Below are positions 16,639 through 17,622 of a DNA stretch of 17,622 nt, piece by piece. The notes under the pieces were generated by a model. It ran no database searches. It was not told the origin of the DNA and was given only the letters and a program-made list of their open reading frames with translations. Made by a program: the position numbers and the translations under genes. Position 1 is the stretch's first letter. Every line of letters starts with the position of its first letter. This DNA comes from Pseudomonadota bacterium (GTDB lineage Bacteria > Bdellovibrionota_B > Oligoflexia > Oligoflexales > RGVZ01), in contig JBEGVZ010000133.1 of assembly GCA_041178085.1 (NCBI GenBank), positions 1-17,622 on the forward strand, given 5' to 3'.

Positions 16639-17622
16639 ATGAAGACTCTGGGCACAGAATTCAAAGTGGGCTTCTTCACGCTGATCGCACTGGTCACGCT
16701 GGTGTACATGTTTTTTGTGCTGAGTCCGGACAGTTTCGAATCTGGAAAACGCTACTCGTATTACACAATCGTCAGTGATGCTGCCGGTATCATCTCCAAG
16801 ACACACGTGAAAACCAACGGTGTGATCGTCGGTAAAGTCAAAGACGTCAAACTCGACGTCAACATGACCCGGATCGATATGGAGATCGATGCGAATGTGA
16901 AGGTACCCGTCGGCTCGCACATTGAAGTGCGGACGCGCGGCCTTCTTGGTGACGTATTCCTTGAGGTCATCCGTGCAGAGGACTCCGGGCAGTACATACC
17001 AGACGGTGGATTGATCCCGCGATCTGAGGGATCCACCGACATGCAGGCAGTCCTTGCTCTTGCCGGGTCAATTGGCAAAGACGTCAAAAAAATCACATCC
17101 GTGTTGGCCGAGGCGATGGGATCTGATGATGGAAAGAAAAACATCAAGGAAATCGTCGAAAACATCCATGGCTCGACGGCGGACTTGCGCTCCACCCTGG
17201 CGGCGCTTCGTGGCGCAATAGGGGACCGTCCAGAGGACGTCAAGGCAATCGTGGCGAACATCAAGGATTTCACGGCTGGCCTGCGGGAAGTCATGGACGA
17301 AGATAACCGCGAGAAGCTCAATAACATCATCGCGTCTTTCGACGAATCAATGGGTGACGTCAAGGGCGCCAGCAAGAACATCCGTCTGATCGCGGAAAAA
17401 ATGGAGCGTGGCGAAGGTACGCTCGGCAAGCTCATTTCCGATGAATCGACGATCTCTGAGATCGAAGGTGCAATCAAGGACTTGCGTGAGGTGCTCTCGC
17501 CAGTCAAAAAGCTTGAAGTCGGGGTTGAGTACCGCGGTGAGTTCCGCAACGATCAGACCGGCCAGAACTACTTTAACATGGTGTTCCGTACGCGTCCTGA
17601 CCGGTATTACCTGCTTGGCGCA
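16639..17622 (+). CDS. mlaD: MlaD/MCE-family protein, long form (partial; runs off the right edge)
   Basis: Absent from the ORF track because there is no stop in the window. ATG 16639 opens 328 uninterrupted codons: TM anchor (MKTLGTEFKVGFFTLIALVTLVYMFFVL), MCE domain (DAAGII..THVKTNGVIVGKVKDV...TRGLLGDVFLEV), a long helical region ending GEGTLGKLISD, then a beta-strand-like segment. Confidence 0.93.
   Translation, partial: MKTLGTEFKVGFFTLIALVTLVYMFFVLSPDSFESGKRYSYYTIVSDAAGIISKTHVKTNGVIVGKVKDVKLDVNMTRIDMEIDANVKVPVGSHIEVRTRGLLGDVFLEVIRAEDSGQYIPDGGLIPRSEGSTDMQAVLALAGSIGKDVKKITSVLAEAMGSDDGKKNIKEIVENIHGSTADLRSTLAALRGAIGDRPEDVKAIVANIKDFTAGLREVMDEDNREKLNNIIASFDESMGDVKGASKNIRLIAEKMERGEGTLGKLISDESTISEIEGAIKDLREVLSPVKKLEVGVEYRGEFRNDQTGQNYFNMVFRTRPDRYYLLGA

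Noticed and set aside
16761..17549. 262-aa minus-strand ORF
   Set aside because: It is the antisense shadow of mlaD, which is open on the plus strand from 16639 to the edge.

Overview
Chromosomal housekeeping, energy and envelope region of a GC-rich diderm bacterium. Gene content and style suggest a former delta-proteobacterial lineage such as Bdellovibrionota/Oligoflexia, but this is inference only. From left to right: (1) about 670 bp of poorly coding DNA with the possible 3' end of an unknown gene, an 11-bp inverted repeat and what looks like a frameshifted remnant of an endostatin-like/DUF1554 gene; (2) uvrB-uvrC on the minus strand; (3) a divergently transcribed Alternative Complex III operon actABCDEF with no actG, SCO or oxidase genes attached, whose ActB keeps an intact N-terminal FS0 [4Fe-4S] cysteine motif; (4) a hairpin-rich 240-bp spacer; (5) a translationally coupled three-gene unit of tatA plus two complementary, asymmetric ArsA/Get3-family ATPases; (6) an mlaE-mlaF-mlaD (MCE) lipid transporter whose long MlaD runs off the window and is missing from the ORF track. 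The best candidate for an undescribed system is the tatA + Get3-like heterodimer unit between a Tat-dependent respiratory complex and an MCE transporter. I saw no rRNA, tRNA, CRISPR array or mobile element.
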